From the NCBI GenBank assembly GCA_020137815.1, contig CM035354.1, positions 3,844,001-3,908,000 of the forward strand: DNA of 64,000 nt, given 5' to 3'. A model generated the notes under the pieces. That model did no database searches. It was given only the letters and a program-made list of their open reading frames with translations, and was not told the origin of the DNA. A program made the translations under genes and the position numbers. Every line of letters starts with the position of its first letter. Position 1 is the stretch's first letter. This document shows, piece by piece, positions 1 to 15,400 of this stretch. This DNA comes from Hormiphora californensis. Lineage: Eukaryota > Animalia > Ctenophora.

Positions 1-3000
1 CGACTCCTCCTTGCCTAGCACTTTAGTGGTGAGTTTAGAACACAATGCAACCCCAAATACACGTGAGTCATGCAGCACTAGATGGGGGGGTTCCAACCTA
101 TTTTTTTGTACGGTTTTGTACGGTTTTGTACGGACCATACATAAAAGTATCCGAAATTCCTGTTTTTTTCCATACAAACAATACAAAAAATACAAAAAAA
201 TAATGCAGGATGTGGCTGCCTGATAAAAGTATAAATAATACATAGCTGGGTTCCGTTTATGTTCATGTACCATGGGGGGGTTCCAACCTATTTGTTGTAC
301 GTTTGTACGGAAAAAAACACGGGTTTCCTCAAACAAAAAATACAAAAAAATACAAAAAAGTACAAAAAAATACAAAAAAATACAAAAAAATAAAACGGGG
401 TATAAACGATTAAACAAAGCTTTTCTGATCGTTGAAACTTTAGTTTATGATCATAATTGTGTCATAAATTCCTATTAAACTGTGGTTTCATACAAAATTA
501 GCAACTTTTTCTTATAATTGGAAGATAAAAACATGTTTTAATCATGTTTTAATTGTTCTTTATCAAAACACAAGGAAATATTCTATTCAAAATTTTCGAA
601 ATCTGAATCAATGATGTTTACTTTTTCGAATTTCGAATGAAAGATAGTAATTACACGACAAACGTTCCTAGGTGGTACATTAGGACAAAAGGAACCCGTC
701 CATGAACTTTTACTAGGCACCCACCTCCATAATTTGTTGTGCTTTTTTTTGTACTGTTTGTACGAAAAATTGGAATTTCTAAGAGAGAAAATCTTTCCAA
801 ATCGAACTTTCTATCCAAGAAAGTATTATCGAATCGCAATTTCTAAGCGAGAGAAATTTTCCCGAATCGCAATTTCTTACCGAGAAACTTTTTCGAATCG
901 TATTTTCTAAGCGAGAAATTTCCCCAAATCGCAATTTCTTTACGAGAAAATTTTCTTGAATCGTATTTTCTAAGCGATATATTTCCCCGAATCCCAATTT
1001 CTTACCGAAAAAATTTCTCGAATCGTATTTTCTAAGCGAAAAATTTCCCCAAATCGCAATTTTTACCGAGAAAATTATCCCGAATCGAAATTAGTACCGA
1101 GAAAGTGATCTCCAACTGAGAAAATTTTCTCGTAATCGTAACGGTAATCTGAATCAATGATTTCGTTTTTTTAGAATTTCAAAAACGTGTACTTTTACAC
1201 ACTTTTTTAGCATGTAATTTTAGCAGGAAAATGGACGACAATGGAACTAAAAACGTTCATATATATGATAGATGGTACATGAACATAAACGGAACCCAGC
1301 TATGTATTATTTATACTTTTATCAGGCAGCCACATCCTGCATTATTTTTTTGTATTTTTTGTATTGTTTGTATGGAAAAAAACAGGAATTTCGGATACTT
1401 TTATGTATGGTCCGTACAAAACCGTACAAAACCGTACAAAAAAATAGGTTGGAACCCCCCCTGTACCATCTATCATATATATGAACGTTTTTAGTTCCAT
1501 TGTCGTCCATTTTCCTGCTAAAATTACATGCTAAAAAAGTGTGTAAAAGTACACGTTTTTGAAATTCTAAAAAAACGAAATCATTGATTCAGATTACCGT
1601 TACGATTACGAGAAAATTTTCTCAGTTGGAGATCACTTTCTCGGTACTAATTTCGATTCGGGATAATTTTCTCGGTAAAAATTGCGATTTGGGGAAATTT
1701 TTCGCTTAGAAAATACGATTCGAGAAATTTTTTCGGTAAGAAATTGGGATTCGGGGAAATATATCGCTTAGAAAATACGATTCAAGAAAATTTTCTCGTA
1801 AAGAAATTGCGATTTGGGGAAATTTCTCGCTTAGAAAATACGATTCGAAAAAGTTTCTCGGTAAGAAATTGCGATTCGGGAAAATTTCTCTCGCTTAGAA
1901 ATTGCGATTCGATAATACTTTCTTGGATAGAAAGTTCGATTTGGAAAGATTTTCTCTCTTAGAAATTCCAATTTTTCGTACAAACAGTACAAAAAAAAGC
2001 ACAACAAATTATGGAGGTGGGTGCCTAGTAAAAGTTCATGGACGGGTTCCTTTTGTCCTAATGTACCACCTAGGAACGTTTGTCGTGTAATTACTATCTT
2101 TCATTCGAAATTCGAAAAAGTAAACATCATTGATTCAGATTTCGAAAATTTTGAATAGAATATTTCCTTGTGTTTTGATAAAGAACAATTAAAACATGAT
2201 TAAAACATGTTTTTATCTTCCAATTATAAGAAAAAGTTGCTAATTTTGTATGAAACCACAGTTTAATAGGAATTTATGACACAATTATGATCATAAACTA
2301 AAGTTTCAACGATCAGAAAAGCTTTGTTTAATCGTTTATACCCCGTTTTATTTTTTTGTATTTTTTTGTATTTTTTTGTACTTTTTTGTATTTTTTTGTA
2401 TTTTTTGTTTGAGGAAACCCGTGTTTTTTTCCGTACAAACGTACAACAAATAGGTTGGAACCCCCCCCCACTAGATACATAGGTGATATTGTGTGAGCTT
2501 TCTTTCACTTTTTGGAAAAGTGAAGGAAAGCCCCTTTCTTTTTAGGGGGCCCCTGAATGACCTTGTGCCCATCACTATAATAGTTTTTATACCGGAAGAT
2601 AGTTTTAAGTAGGACGGGTTCCAGAATGGGGTCCAGTTCCTCGAACACGTTCTCAAGAAGGACAGGGTGGCCAAACTGGATACTATTCTCCAGAGTCCTC
2701 ACATAGTTCGGGTCAGACAATTTGATAACCTAGTGTTGGGAAGGTTTCCCACGTAATTTCCCGAAATGAAGTGGTCCAATATTGGCCTGTGTCAATAAAT
2801 TAATACAACGAGTTCATTAATTAATATGCTAATTAATCAATTAATTAATACCTTGAGCTGGTTGGGTTTCTCTAGGTTCTTAATCCACTTGTTGGCCTGT
2901 CCCTGGGGGTCAATGCAAAGGGGCCACCTGCTCGTATTGTCAACAATAATTCCATTATCAATAGAGAAAGTGTCCACGGGCAGTCCAGCGATGTTCCAGC

Positions 3001-5974
3001 TCCTGATCTTGACGGGCTGGCCGAGGGTGTTGGCTAGGGTCACCTTCGCAGAGCACGGGATCTCCAGGGCATGGCATCCCGCCACCCATTCTTGTAGTTG
3101 CTCCTGGTAAGGGGTATTGAGGTTAGTTAGCTAACTGAGCTGAGTAACTGTACCCTATACTACTTGGTGATGCAATCCCATCTAATGGTACCGCGGCTGG
3201 TAGTGTAGGCCGTCGGGGTGACTGCTTCACCATTCCCCAACTTTAACAATTTATATGTTAACCAACCTGTCTGAAGTCTGCGGTAAAAGGTCCAAGGTAG
3301 GCCACGAGACCAGCTGAAACCAGGATATCTCCTGCTACGTTATCAAACAGGTCGGTAAGATCAGCAGCAGATTGAGTCCACCTAGCCTTCTCACCACCAA
3401 GTCCACCTGGGAAAGTAAGGTGTGTTATGTGGGGGGAGGGAGAAGGGTGTTATTGATGGGTGTGAGATAGTATAATATTGGGTTCTAGTGATACTATACT
3501 AAGCGATCCAAACTGATTAAAAATAACAACTCACCTAGCAGTTTTTCAGCCCTGACCAGTTTTTTCTCGCACATTTCCTTAGCCTCTTCCAGCTCTTGAA
3601 GTTTGTTTTTCTTCATATCCAGATCGTCATTGAGTATCTGTAATCGATCCAGGACTGCCTTGAGTTCCGCCTGTTTCTCTGCCAGTGCACCCATTTGAAT
3701 CTTAAGTGCTGCCTCGGCCCCCTTCAGCTTCTCCTTCTTAGGGGCCACAACTTTAGCCACTCGATCATAGATGTCCATAGCGCTAACCCAACTGCACAAA
3801 CCCTGGGCCGCACTAGACACACTGGCAATGATCTTAGGGTTGAAATCAGGGTTGCTGGTGTATTTGTCCCTGATGACCTTCATGATTCGGGGCGGGATGT
3901 TATCCTTGTCGTACTGTTTGAGGGACTCCAGGAAGGACATGTCTGATAGCAGCTGAGGGATGGGATACGTGTTAGTAGAACTAATATTATTTTAGCTAGG
4001 AAGGAGGACTGGGCTCAAGGGGATAAGTGGGGGTCATTTCGGAATTCGGGTAACAGGTTTTGAAAGCTTGTTCCCCCGCGGTACCTTGATGGAAGGTCCC
4101 CAGAACTCCTCAACCATTTTACCAGTACCACTGGGGTCTGGTTTCCTCTCTGGTTTGATCCCCTTCATAACACAGATGGACTCCATCACCAGTTTCACCA
4201 GGTGAGGGGGGTTTTTCATACTCTTCATTAGAGAGATATCCTGGGGGAGGTAATTTAGTGAGATAATTGAAATGTTCATACTTTATTTTTATGCGAAGCA
4301 CGGAAACAGTGTCAAGCGACTGGGGTGAGGGGAGGTAATTTAGCCTTCAAATTGAGGACGAGTGTTTGTAATGGGTTGTTAGTCAGAACATGGTCGGCAA
4401 AATGATCTACCAACTTCTTACCGATGGTTTGAGTGTGTTGAGGGCCTTGATCGCCTCTCTCAGAGCAGGAAGTGCCTCTGCCAAATCCGCCTCACATTCA
4501 TCTTTAATTCCCTTACTCTCGGCTGCGGCAGCGTTAGCAACCTTCTCATCTGCCTCCACCACCGTCTTCTTCGCCTCAACCTCCACGGTCTCGGCCTCGA
4601 TCCTCACCATCAGCTCCGCAGTTTCTTGTGACGTCACTTCTAGCTGTGGTTGGAGGGCCTCCAACTCGACCTGCATGGTAGCCACCTCACTACTGGCACT
4701 CTCTAACTTCTCCAACCCTACCACGTATCTGTTCTTCATGTCCAGCAACTCCTTCTGTTTTGAACCCAGGAGTCTCTTGAAGGTCTTGATGAGCTCCAGG
4801 TAACTTGTCGGCGTGACGTAGTTGATACGCTGTAGGATGGACTGGAATCTATCTGAGAGATCCAAGACGGAGGTATGGAAATTCTTGCACATCTTCACTA
4901 CCGAGTTTTTGACATCAAAATCGAGGTTGCATTCTTCAAGGAACTTGTTAGCTACCATCTCAAGGGCATCCTCGGGCCACGGCTGGAACCAATCAATAGT
5001 ACAACAGTTGATCAAGGAGGGGAATTTCCTGGAGGAGGGGGGTAAGTTACTATGACAACAATATCAGCAGTATACAGAGTGAATCAGCAGGAAAGAGGGT
5101 GAATATCAGGGTGAACGTTCCAACTAGCTCTTACCTGAGTCTTGTTCGGAAGGCATCTCCAATGGGACTAAACGCCAGGCAGATATGGAGGTTAGCCTTC
5201 ACTTGATCGATGAAATAGTTGTACAGAGCAAATGGGGTGAACTCAATCTTAGCTTTGTTCTCTGTTGCCACCTGTCAGGAGATAGGCAAGCTAGAGGTGG
5301 TGCAAACTACATTACGTTATAATCGATGTTGTTGCCATAGTTACCATGCTCACCACCATTACCAAGGTTACCATATTATATATGGGCAGTGGTTACCATG
5401 GTAACCGGGGGGTAACCGCCATTACCTGCTGCATTCTCTCCAGGATTTCGCCCCTATCATCAGGTTCATATAGATTTGGAATATCACCCGAGTTCAAGAT
5501 CATGTTGATGTCCTCGAGGAAACTTTCTGACTTGATCTGGTTATCGTTCATCATAAACACAGTAGGTTTACCCTCAAAGCCGGCCTTTTTTAGCAGCCTT
5601 CTGATGTCATCTCGCCACTCAGCCATTCCATACTGTCGTGAAATCTCAATCTACGGGAGGGAAGGGTAAAACTCGGGGCTAATAAAGAGATGGAGAAAAA
5701 AGTGGAGAAAGAGATATAGAGTCAGTGCTGAGAAGATAAATTCAATCTATGGGATCTCAATTAACTGTCCGTCTGTCTGTCTGTCTCTGTCTCTGTCGCG
5801 CAGAGACAGTACGAACAGTTCAACCTCTTGTACAGCATTTTTTGTCTGGTTCGTATATATCTTTTTCTAGGTAGAGTCTGTCGCAGTAATGCTATTCATT
5901 GCAGGCATCATCTATGATGGGAGAGAGAGAGAGAGAGAGAGATGATAGAGGTGATAGAGAGAGATACATCTCTC

Positions 5975-6066
<92 letters not shown>

Positions 6067-6088
6067 TCTCTCTCTATCATCTCTATCA

Positions 6089-6181
<93 letters not shown>

Positions 6182-9100
6182 CCTCTGCCAAGTCTTTTTG
6201 GGATAAATGGCATTACATCAAATCACTAGACGCGCCCAGCACGAGTTTTAGCATACGCGTCTGAGTTGTTATAACCCGTCTTGAGTGGATCGATCAGCCT
6301 AGTGTTTGCCTAGCTAGACTCTGTTACACACGCCCCGCCCGCGAAACACATTTAACCTTATTTACAAATGTAAAGGAGGGTTAGAACATAACAATCTAAT
6401 GTTTGGGGTAATACCAATAAGAGCCAGAGTTCAGATCAATTTGCATTTAGGAATATAGGGCGGGCCTGGAATTTTATATCGCCCTCATCATCATGAGAGC
6501 TGGGACACGCTTTGCCCAATGTGATCAGATTATATTGTATAAATTTTAGTACAATCCTTTACTATTTGTGCTCCATTTGTTTCTGATTGAGCAGGTTTTG
6601 ACGTTGATGCTGTCTTCTACACCTTTTTCCTAACCCTTGATCTAAACTGCCAGGTCTAAAAGCATGTTGAAATTTCTTATCTTCATTTTATTCCTTCCTG
6701 GTGACGAGTCAGGAAGTGGTACAACCATCAAAACAGGTGTCAGTTCGATTACAGCGCGATCGGTCAAGGATGGAAAAGTACCAGAAAAAGCTATTGATGG
6801 AGACACCAGCAGCTACTACTTGGCACATTATAAAGGGGAGCCAGAGTGGCTAAAATTACAACTTGCAAGACCATCAATGGTAGACAAAGTGGTCATCATA
6901 AGTAGGTTAGTTCGAAAATTAAACCTCTTGAATTCTTGGCTATGCAGCAGTAAACCGATTCTTATTTTCAGATTAAGTGAAAAAGAAGTTGTTATACTTC
7001 GACTACTAGGGACACAAGTATCTCTCATCGGGGCAACAACCAACACGACATGTGGAACTATTGACTCCGTTAACGAAACTGAGGGTGAATCTGTAGAAGC
7101 CCAGACCTACACAGTACCTTGTCCTGCTACTAACGGACCTACACTTGCTGTATTCCTGTACGATGATGAGAAGACTGATGCGGATTTAAGTAAAGATTAT
7201 AATTATATGCACATAGCTGAGGTTATGGTGTATTCTCAAATAAACGGTAAGGCATTAGGAAGGGAGAAGAGATAGAGGGAGGGGGACCTGACGAACTAAT
7301 CCATAATTACTTAGTACGACGACTGCTGACTATCAATATACGACAGAATCACCATTCACCCCAGACATGATAGCACCTAAAACACCGTGAACCCAACTCA
7401 AGATGTAACATCTACTCCCCACCCCGAATCAGTGGTCTTATATACCTATAATATATTAACGACTTAACAAAGATATATATACGGAATAAAGTAGGGAGGG
7501 GTGATAAGAGAAGGGGGGTCCCTTACCTGGAATAGCTCATAGTCTGCCATGTGGGTAGCTAATCTTGCACAGCTCTGTCTCCCACTACCACCCACTCCCA
7601 CCAGCACACAATGGCTGTTGGGCTGTTTTAGAATCCTGGATATCCTGGATACATGCTCAATGGCATAACGGAACATTACAAGCTTCATGGGTGCCTTGCT
7701 CATGGCATCGTGATCGTCTAGCTGGGACTCCATTACCTGTAATTAGAAGGTTATTATATGTGCCCAATTAGTGATTAGGTATTAACTATTAGCAAGGTGA
7801 ATAGTGGTAGTATCCGCATAGCTAGAGTCCAGAGAATAAAGTGAGCATTCATCATGTGATGATCAATGTTGTTTTCTGCTCCAATGATAAGATGAGTCAA
7901 GGTAGTGTGTTTATTGACATTTGGAGATACACTTACATCTTTGAGAGCATCAAAATCAGTGATTTCATCATACTGCTTATTAGGATCAGTGGGGTTGATG
8001 TAATCGCCGAAGAAGAGCGATCGAAGGTCATTGTCAGTGACTTCCTTTCCTATTTGTCCCAGATGGGAGAACAACTTTCCAAAGTTCTGCTTGAACCGAT
8101 CCGTTACATTACTCTGTAAAGGAGGGATATTTGATCAGGGATCATGAATCAAGATTGCATTGGAGGTGGTAAAACAATTTTTACTTCATGGTATATTATG
8201 CTCCACGTGCATGCACCTAACTGAGTTATGGTGATTGGTGGTATGGGGGACCTAGGTGTATCTGGACAACCACCTAACAACCACCTGACAACCACCTGAC
8301 AACCACCTGACAACCACCCACCTTGACGAAGGTGAAGAACTGTTTCCGATCCTCTGCATCGACTAAACGATCATAGAACACCCGATAAACCTCGTGAACC
8401 CACAACCGGTACATTTTAGCTGGGGAATCAGCACTGGGTCCCTTCAACAGCAACATACCCTGCGAGGGAGGATACATTTAGTACACTCTCTCTCTTTGAA
8501 ACTATCTCACTTTGCAGTCATGGGCTAAAATGAGTTCCAACCACTCTTGAGAAAATGAGTCCTATCATGGGCGTACCTGAACGACACGTGAGAAATCTCG
8601 AAGATTGAAGACGTAGTGAGATTTAGTTGGAGTTGGTAGGAAGGTGTCCATCGCAAAGTTATACATGGCCAGGGTAGACTCAATGAAGACCTTGAACCAT
8701 CTGTTTGAAGGAGCCCTCAAAACCATTAGTTGAAATGCCACTCCATGATAGAAGTAAAGATATTCTTCATTGTCTGTTCAGAGAAACTGTCAATACCAAT
8801 TACCACCATGTGCCGGACAAGTCGTGCTGTAATCTCATTCCTGCCTCCACCTGGGGTACCCATGGCAGTCACAAGGGTCTGATCTATCATCTCTATCTTA
8901 CTGGTGTCCTTCCTGTCGTACCAGTGGCCATTATCTAGCCACTGACGGAGCAACTCGATGGGTGGCTGGGCTCCGTACTGCTCTTTCTGGGGCATGTTCA
9001 AGTCGTCCACAAAGAGGACGCATTTCTTGCCAACTGGAGGTCCCAGGAGACCCTTTCGTCGCTTGTCCAGCTTGGACAGAATAACATCTTGGGTTTGGTT

Positions 9101-9433
9101 GGCGCTTGTTTGGGCGGAGAAACTCATAAAGTTAGGCATAAACCTGAGGGAGGTGAGAAAGGGAGGTAAGAAAACACTTGGTAACTATGGCAACGTCTCA
9201 CACACTCTCGACTCTATCTCTCTCTGACACACTCTTTCCTTCTATTTTCTAACAAACCTATCACTCGGAAGTCCCAAGATGAAGTTATTGGATATGGCAG
9301 ACTTGCCAGTTCCAGTTGGCCCGATAATTAGGCAGGAACAGTTGTTGTTAATGAACTTTTCGAGTAGGTACTCCTGCCTTCGAGTTTCCACAGTCGGAAT
9401 TATCAGCTGGTTCACCTGAAGAGAGATAGATGG

Positions 9434-9489
<56 letters not shown>

Positions 9490-12400
9490 GAGAGATAGAG
9501 AGTGAGAGAGATATAGATGGATAGTGTATAACAAGATGGATGCTTGTCATGCTATTCACTGACTACCAAGCACACAAATTATCCAACGTTGATAACCACG
9601 AGACCATGTGCGCGCGCCACTATCCAAATGGTAACAACACCTGTCTTTCAGTTGCCCGCGCGTTCCGTCACCATGACAACAGGCTATCACACCTCCACCT
9701 GCTGCCACAGGGAGCGGGATGGAGCAGTTATCAATACCACATCCATTCTCTCACACGGGCCCTTACCAAGAGCTGCTCATACCTGGACATTATCGGGGAT
9801 AGTAAACCGCTCCATGGTGGATTCCCAGGTTACAAACGCGTTGGTTTCAGGGTTATACACGTGGTCGAAGACAAGGCCTTTTTGGGGGATTTGCACGTTC
9901 TTGGGCATCTTCAAGTCAGGGGGACGGGGGAATTCAACTTTGGTTCCGGAACAGAGGGTTCGGAAGAAATCATCGAATGCGGGCCTGCTTGCCGTCTTCA
10001 TGATTGATCCTGAATGGAGTTATTGATGTATGCATGTCTAGTGACAGATTTAACTTGATTGTCATGCAGCTGCTGCAGCGGAACACATTGCGCTGTTACA
10101 GCTGCTCATGGAGTTGTAATGTTTAGAAACTTAAAATATGCTAGGTAGCACAAATATTGGTGAAGGAGCAAAATACATTTTGATGAAGGAGCAAACTATG
10201 TTTTGATAAAGGAGTAAAAATATTTTGATGAAGGAGCAAAATATTTTGATGAAGGAGCAAAATATATCTTGATAAAGGAGCACTAAAAGTAGTTGTATTT
10301 TACCTGCAGCCCAAACAACAGAGAACTGGAAGAGCATCTGCAGTTTGTGTGAGTTCCTGTCTGAGTGAAGCTCATTCGGCTTATCATCCTCGTCATCTGA
10401 CCTCAACTTAACTTTACCTGAGAGACAATCATTGTATCAAGATTACTGTTATAGCAGCGAAATATCAAACTACTCTTGCGTTTGACCAGCTGCCAATAAT
10501 CTGGGGAGGGGGGCAATAATTTGGGAGTTGGCTACTTACTGTTGGATTCATCGACCCAGAAATCTTCCAGGAAACACTCGTATAGGGAGAGAACCGACCG
10601 GGTGATGTGTAGGTCTGACATAGCCACGAAGAAAGAGCAATTCCTCCTGGTGAGGGAACATTTTGTTTAGTTATATTAATTGTTCATCAATTGCAACTAG
10701 TAGCGATCGAACAACTTGGTTTTCCCCCTTTTTATTAGCACTTACTGGATCGTAAAACATGGTTTCCCCCTTTTTTATTGGCACTTACTGGATGAAATCA
10801 AGGATGGGAGGCATCAGCCAGTTAACAAGATCAGTTAGCATTTGACCCTGGGCGGCACTGCACCCGTTAGGTACACGGTACTCCAACCAACTGTCAATTA
10901 TGGGTTTAATACCCAACTGGGCAGGCTCCATATATATCATACCTAAGGGGGGGGGGAGTGAAATTAGTTACTTCTCCAACATATGTATTTACTCTCCCAA
11001 AACTAACTGGCCCAAATTTCGATCTCCCAAGAACTAAATAGTTGAAAATGACTGGTTCCTCTGTCTTACCACATCGACTGACAGTAGCAGGGGAGGCAGC
11101 CTCTAGATCAGCGGGTTCAAAAATCAGGTTCTGGTTGTGATGCATCTGAATGATTTCACCGCTCATCAGGCACAATTTTCGGTTATCATCTGAATAAGAA
11201 AGTAGAAATTAAAACAGGAGATTAAAGAAAATGCTCTATTTAAAAAAAAGGATCAGTCTACCAACCCAAAACAGTGTTCATGTTTTCAATCCAAATGGCG
11301 TCTACAGGTCCATCGAAGATCAGCCACTGTCGATCGTTACTCGGGTTACTGGCCTGTTTCCTGAAACTAACAGCCAGCACTCCATCGGACCATTCGTGGG
11401 ATACGGGATCAAAGTTACCGTACAGCTGACCTGAGATTAATAAGCGCAGGATTAGGACCTGAAAGATCTAATAAGCGCAATAGTGCAGGAATAGATGGGT
11501 AACTATGGAAACTCTGAGACTCACCAAGAGTAACAGATTTGGGGTTGATAACTTTGTGTATCACTTTCTCCTCATCCATAAGCCCCTTGGCATTGAGATC
11601 ACAGATGGCACCTGCCAGAGCTTGGTATGCAGATGTTTTGCCTGCCATGGTCGCACCAACTATCATGAAACCGTGCCGGACCAACATCATCTCGTACACC
11701 TGTACAAGAGGGGTTATCTCTAGTGAAATGTGGGATATGATCAGGTATAATACTGACACGAACAATGAAGATGAGAGTTTACCTTGCAAATGGAACGTGA
11801 GTGATCTGGAACCCGAATTGATGAGTCACTTCTTTGATCCGGTGGAAATGATAAGCTGTGACATCCAGCTTCTTTGGTGATGGTGAAGTGTGTGAGCATG
11901 GGCCCTCTCTCTCTCTGTTAGAATACCTGGATGATCTTGTCAATAAACCACGGATGAGACTGTAGTTTCAAGTTCTTCATACTCAGGTGCAGACTCTCAA
12001 GCAGTACTGTGTAGTCAGGTGTGGGCAGCGTGACACCCGGGAACAGATCTGGGGGTTAAAATGAGTCAGCGGTGGCGGAACAGGGGAAGGGGGGTTGCAG
12101 ATTCTTCAGCAGCACCAGCTGTTACAGTAGTACCTGACAAAAGCCCAAACACATGTAAGTTCACCTGATAAGATTCCCTGGAAGAGAGGCAGATCATGAG
12201 CGAGGAATTTGGGCAGGTTGACATCACTGATTGACCTCAACATAATGATATCCTCGCTAACATCCGGGAACTTTAGTTTCAGGTTACCGGCTGCTGTCAG
12301 CACTGACTTGACAGCCCTCATCCCGTAATCGTAGTGGTGCTGTGAGGACAGCTGTTCTGAGCAGAGTTTGTAGACTGCGACGATCTTGTGAGCGAGAGAC

Positions 12401-15400
12401 CGGGCATCGACAAAGCCCACAGAGTATAGGACGATCTCACCAATAAGTGCGTAATCTGGCACCATCATCGCCACAGTCCTGTGGAAGGAAACAGGATGTC
12501 AATTAACATAAAATCATCATCGTGATTGTCTATCTCCTTGTTTTATTTTAACAGAAAGCTATCTCTTTCTCCCCCCCCCCCCCCGCTCAGTTATACCAAG
12601 TACCAACCTGAATAACACTTTGAGATTATCAGGAAGTTCAGATCGACCAGCATAACCAGGGTTCATGGTGATGAAGATAGCACAAGATGCATCCAGGGTC
12701 AACTCAGTTCCTGACATAATTAAATTTGATAATGGAAGCGATAAATAATTGGAAAATACTAATATTTTAATCGAAACTTCAATTAAGCTGAAAACAGAGA
12801 TGAGAGCCACGTACCTTCGAATAAGAACCGCTTTGCTTTGGTCTGGATGGCTCGCTGAATGGAGAGGATCTGTTGGGCAACCACCGACAGGACCTCAAGC
12901 TCAATCCTGTTAAACTCATCAAAACAGGCCCATGCTCCAGCCTGGAAGGGAAGCGGGAGGTAAGGAGGGATGAAGAGAAGGGAGTGAGTGAGATAGGGAT
13001 GTAGGGAGAGAAGGGATGTAGGGATGTAATGAGAGAATTCAAAAGGAGTGATGTAGGGAGAGAAAGGATGGAAAGAGAGAAGAAAAGTGACTGAAGAGGT
13101 TAGGAAAGACGGTTCCTCTGCAGGATGCCTCCAATCGACGAGCCAGTATATTCCAATGGCGTGATGTTGTGCAGATCTCTACCTGAGCGAGCCCCTTGAA
13201 GAATTTCCCCATTGCTTTGAAGTCCAACCCATCAGAGCAGTTGAACACAACACACTGTTTTGCCACTGCCTTGGCCAGATCCTTGGTGGTTTCTGTTTTG
13301 CCAGTTCCTGCTGGACCCTCAGGTGCACCACCCAGGTTTAGGAGAAGGGCACCCATTAGGGTTCGATAACATCTGTCAGTTAGGGGGGTGATGACCAACC
13401 TTCCACTGTTACCTGAACATGGGTGTTAGTTAATTAATTAATTAACTATTTAATTAACTGTTTAATTATCTCTCTTTTCAGTGATCAAATTAGGAATATA
13501 TTACGCTCTCTTGACACATACCGAGATATTCATATCCGTATTTTACTGTTGTAGTGATCATCTTAACATCCACTTCCTGATTGGTTGGGTTTACGTAGTA
13601 CCGCAGCTGGGAGATCCAATCAAAATCGTTTATACTCTTCAAATTGGGCATCTTGGAGAGCTCCTCGACCACGTCTCGAGCGTGGACATCAATAGTTGTT
13701 AGAGCTGAGAGGGTAACCCGGGCTCCCTTGCTCAGCTCACCACGCACCAAATCGACAATATCGTTAATTTGGGCGTTACATACTTGAAGGTATTCCTTCA
13801 GACCGCCCTCTTTTTCAATCGCCTAACGGGGTAATAATCGGTTATACTGGCTGTCGATTCACTCACGAGCATTCATACTGTCGACATATCGCATTGACGA
13901 AAGTCGCGATTGCCAATCGACGATTGGGTTTTCCAAACCCGACACTCTCAGAAGAAGAAGCATGCAAGGCAAACCCAACACTGGCGGAATTCCATGAAAC
14001 TCACCTCTTCAACCTCAGTGGTCCAATAAATCTGGGAGCCTGCCAGGACAACTTGACCAGGCCAGTCAAGAACCCAATCCTTCCTGTGTGTTGTCTTGTA
14101 TGCCACCACACTCTCCTTTAGGATGGAGATCAGAGAGGACTTCATCACTTCCAAAACCTGATGGGTTATATAGGGTTAGGTAAATGGTGAAATGTATTGT
14201 TGTTCTGAAGAAGGGTCAATCTTTTTTTTTGAAGTCCGATCTTCTCTTTTTTATCTCTCGCTTTTATCTCACTCTCTTATTTATAATATAGCTTTCGATA
14301 TTGTAGCACAATGGACATGCATGCGATACTGCACCTGCACGTGTAAAATAAGAGAGACTGGTGGCAATCTAACATGCTTATTGCTCTCTCTATCTCTATC
14401 TCTCTTTCTCCCCTCTCTCTCCATCTCTCTCCCCACTCTCTCTCTCCCCACTGTCTCTCTCTCTCCCCACTGTCTCTCTCTTCTTTCTAACCTGGATGAG
14501 CCACTTTTCAACCATTCCCTTGGCATCAGCGGGTATGATGGTGGTAGAAAAGGGTACAGTTTCAGCCTCGCTACTGATCATGCCAACCACCTCCTTCTTT
14601 TCTGTGAACTCAAGTTTTGCAATACCTGATAAAAAGAATGATTTGAATCATTGGAAAATTCTCATGTGTGTGTGATTTTAATGCTCAAAAGTACCAATAA
14701 ATATGAAACAACCACTTATTGAAGAGATCAAATAAACATTTATCACTCACCTTCAAAGCACTTCTTCAGATGGGGCTGGACTCTCAGTGGATCCTTTGTC
14801 TCTGACAGGATCTCCAACAACTCATCGTTAGAAAGGAAGAAGAACCGAGGAAAGAAGAGCCGCTTCTTCTCGAGATAATTATTAAGGCCCTTCTGGATAT
14901 CGTCTAGATACTGATTACTTTGTTGTAGTTTGGTTAACATGTTCTTGATGCTTGTCACAGTGAGTGCCTTGGTATCTGTCACAGCCTCTCCCATGATATC
15001 CTTCCAGTATCCGTCAACTACTGTGAACTTCTTACCTGATGGGGGGATGGTGGTCAGGATTTTGTATATAGTGGTGACTGGTGTGGTCAGGGGAAGAGGT
15101 TTTTGGGATGCTTGCTTTGCTTATATAAGGAGGAAATGGGGTGGGTTTACTTCCAGATATAAGAGAGACTCAAAGTTTAGATCAAAATGACCAACACCAA
15201 CATCTACTCTAAAGTCTAAACAATTTCTATCTTTCCGGCTGTACTCACCCTCCTCTGGCATCTGCTGCATGATGTCCTCACTACTAAAGATGGGCTCCAG
15301 GTACAACCAGGTGGCCTGGACCTTCAACCACTCATCAATAATATCCTGCATAGTCTGCAGCTTTGCTTCCCAAGTCTTGAACTCTGTTTCAAAGGGCCCA

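Noticed and set aside
5892-6264. RERE/SLSL ORFs (and similar ones elsewhere)
   Set aside because: Translations of GA/CT microsatellites.
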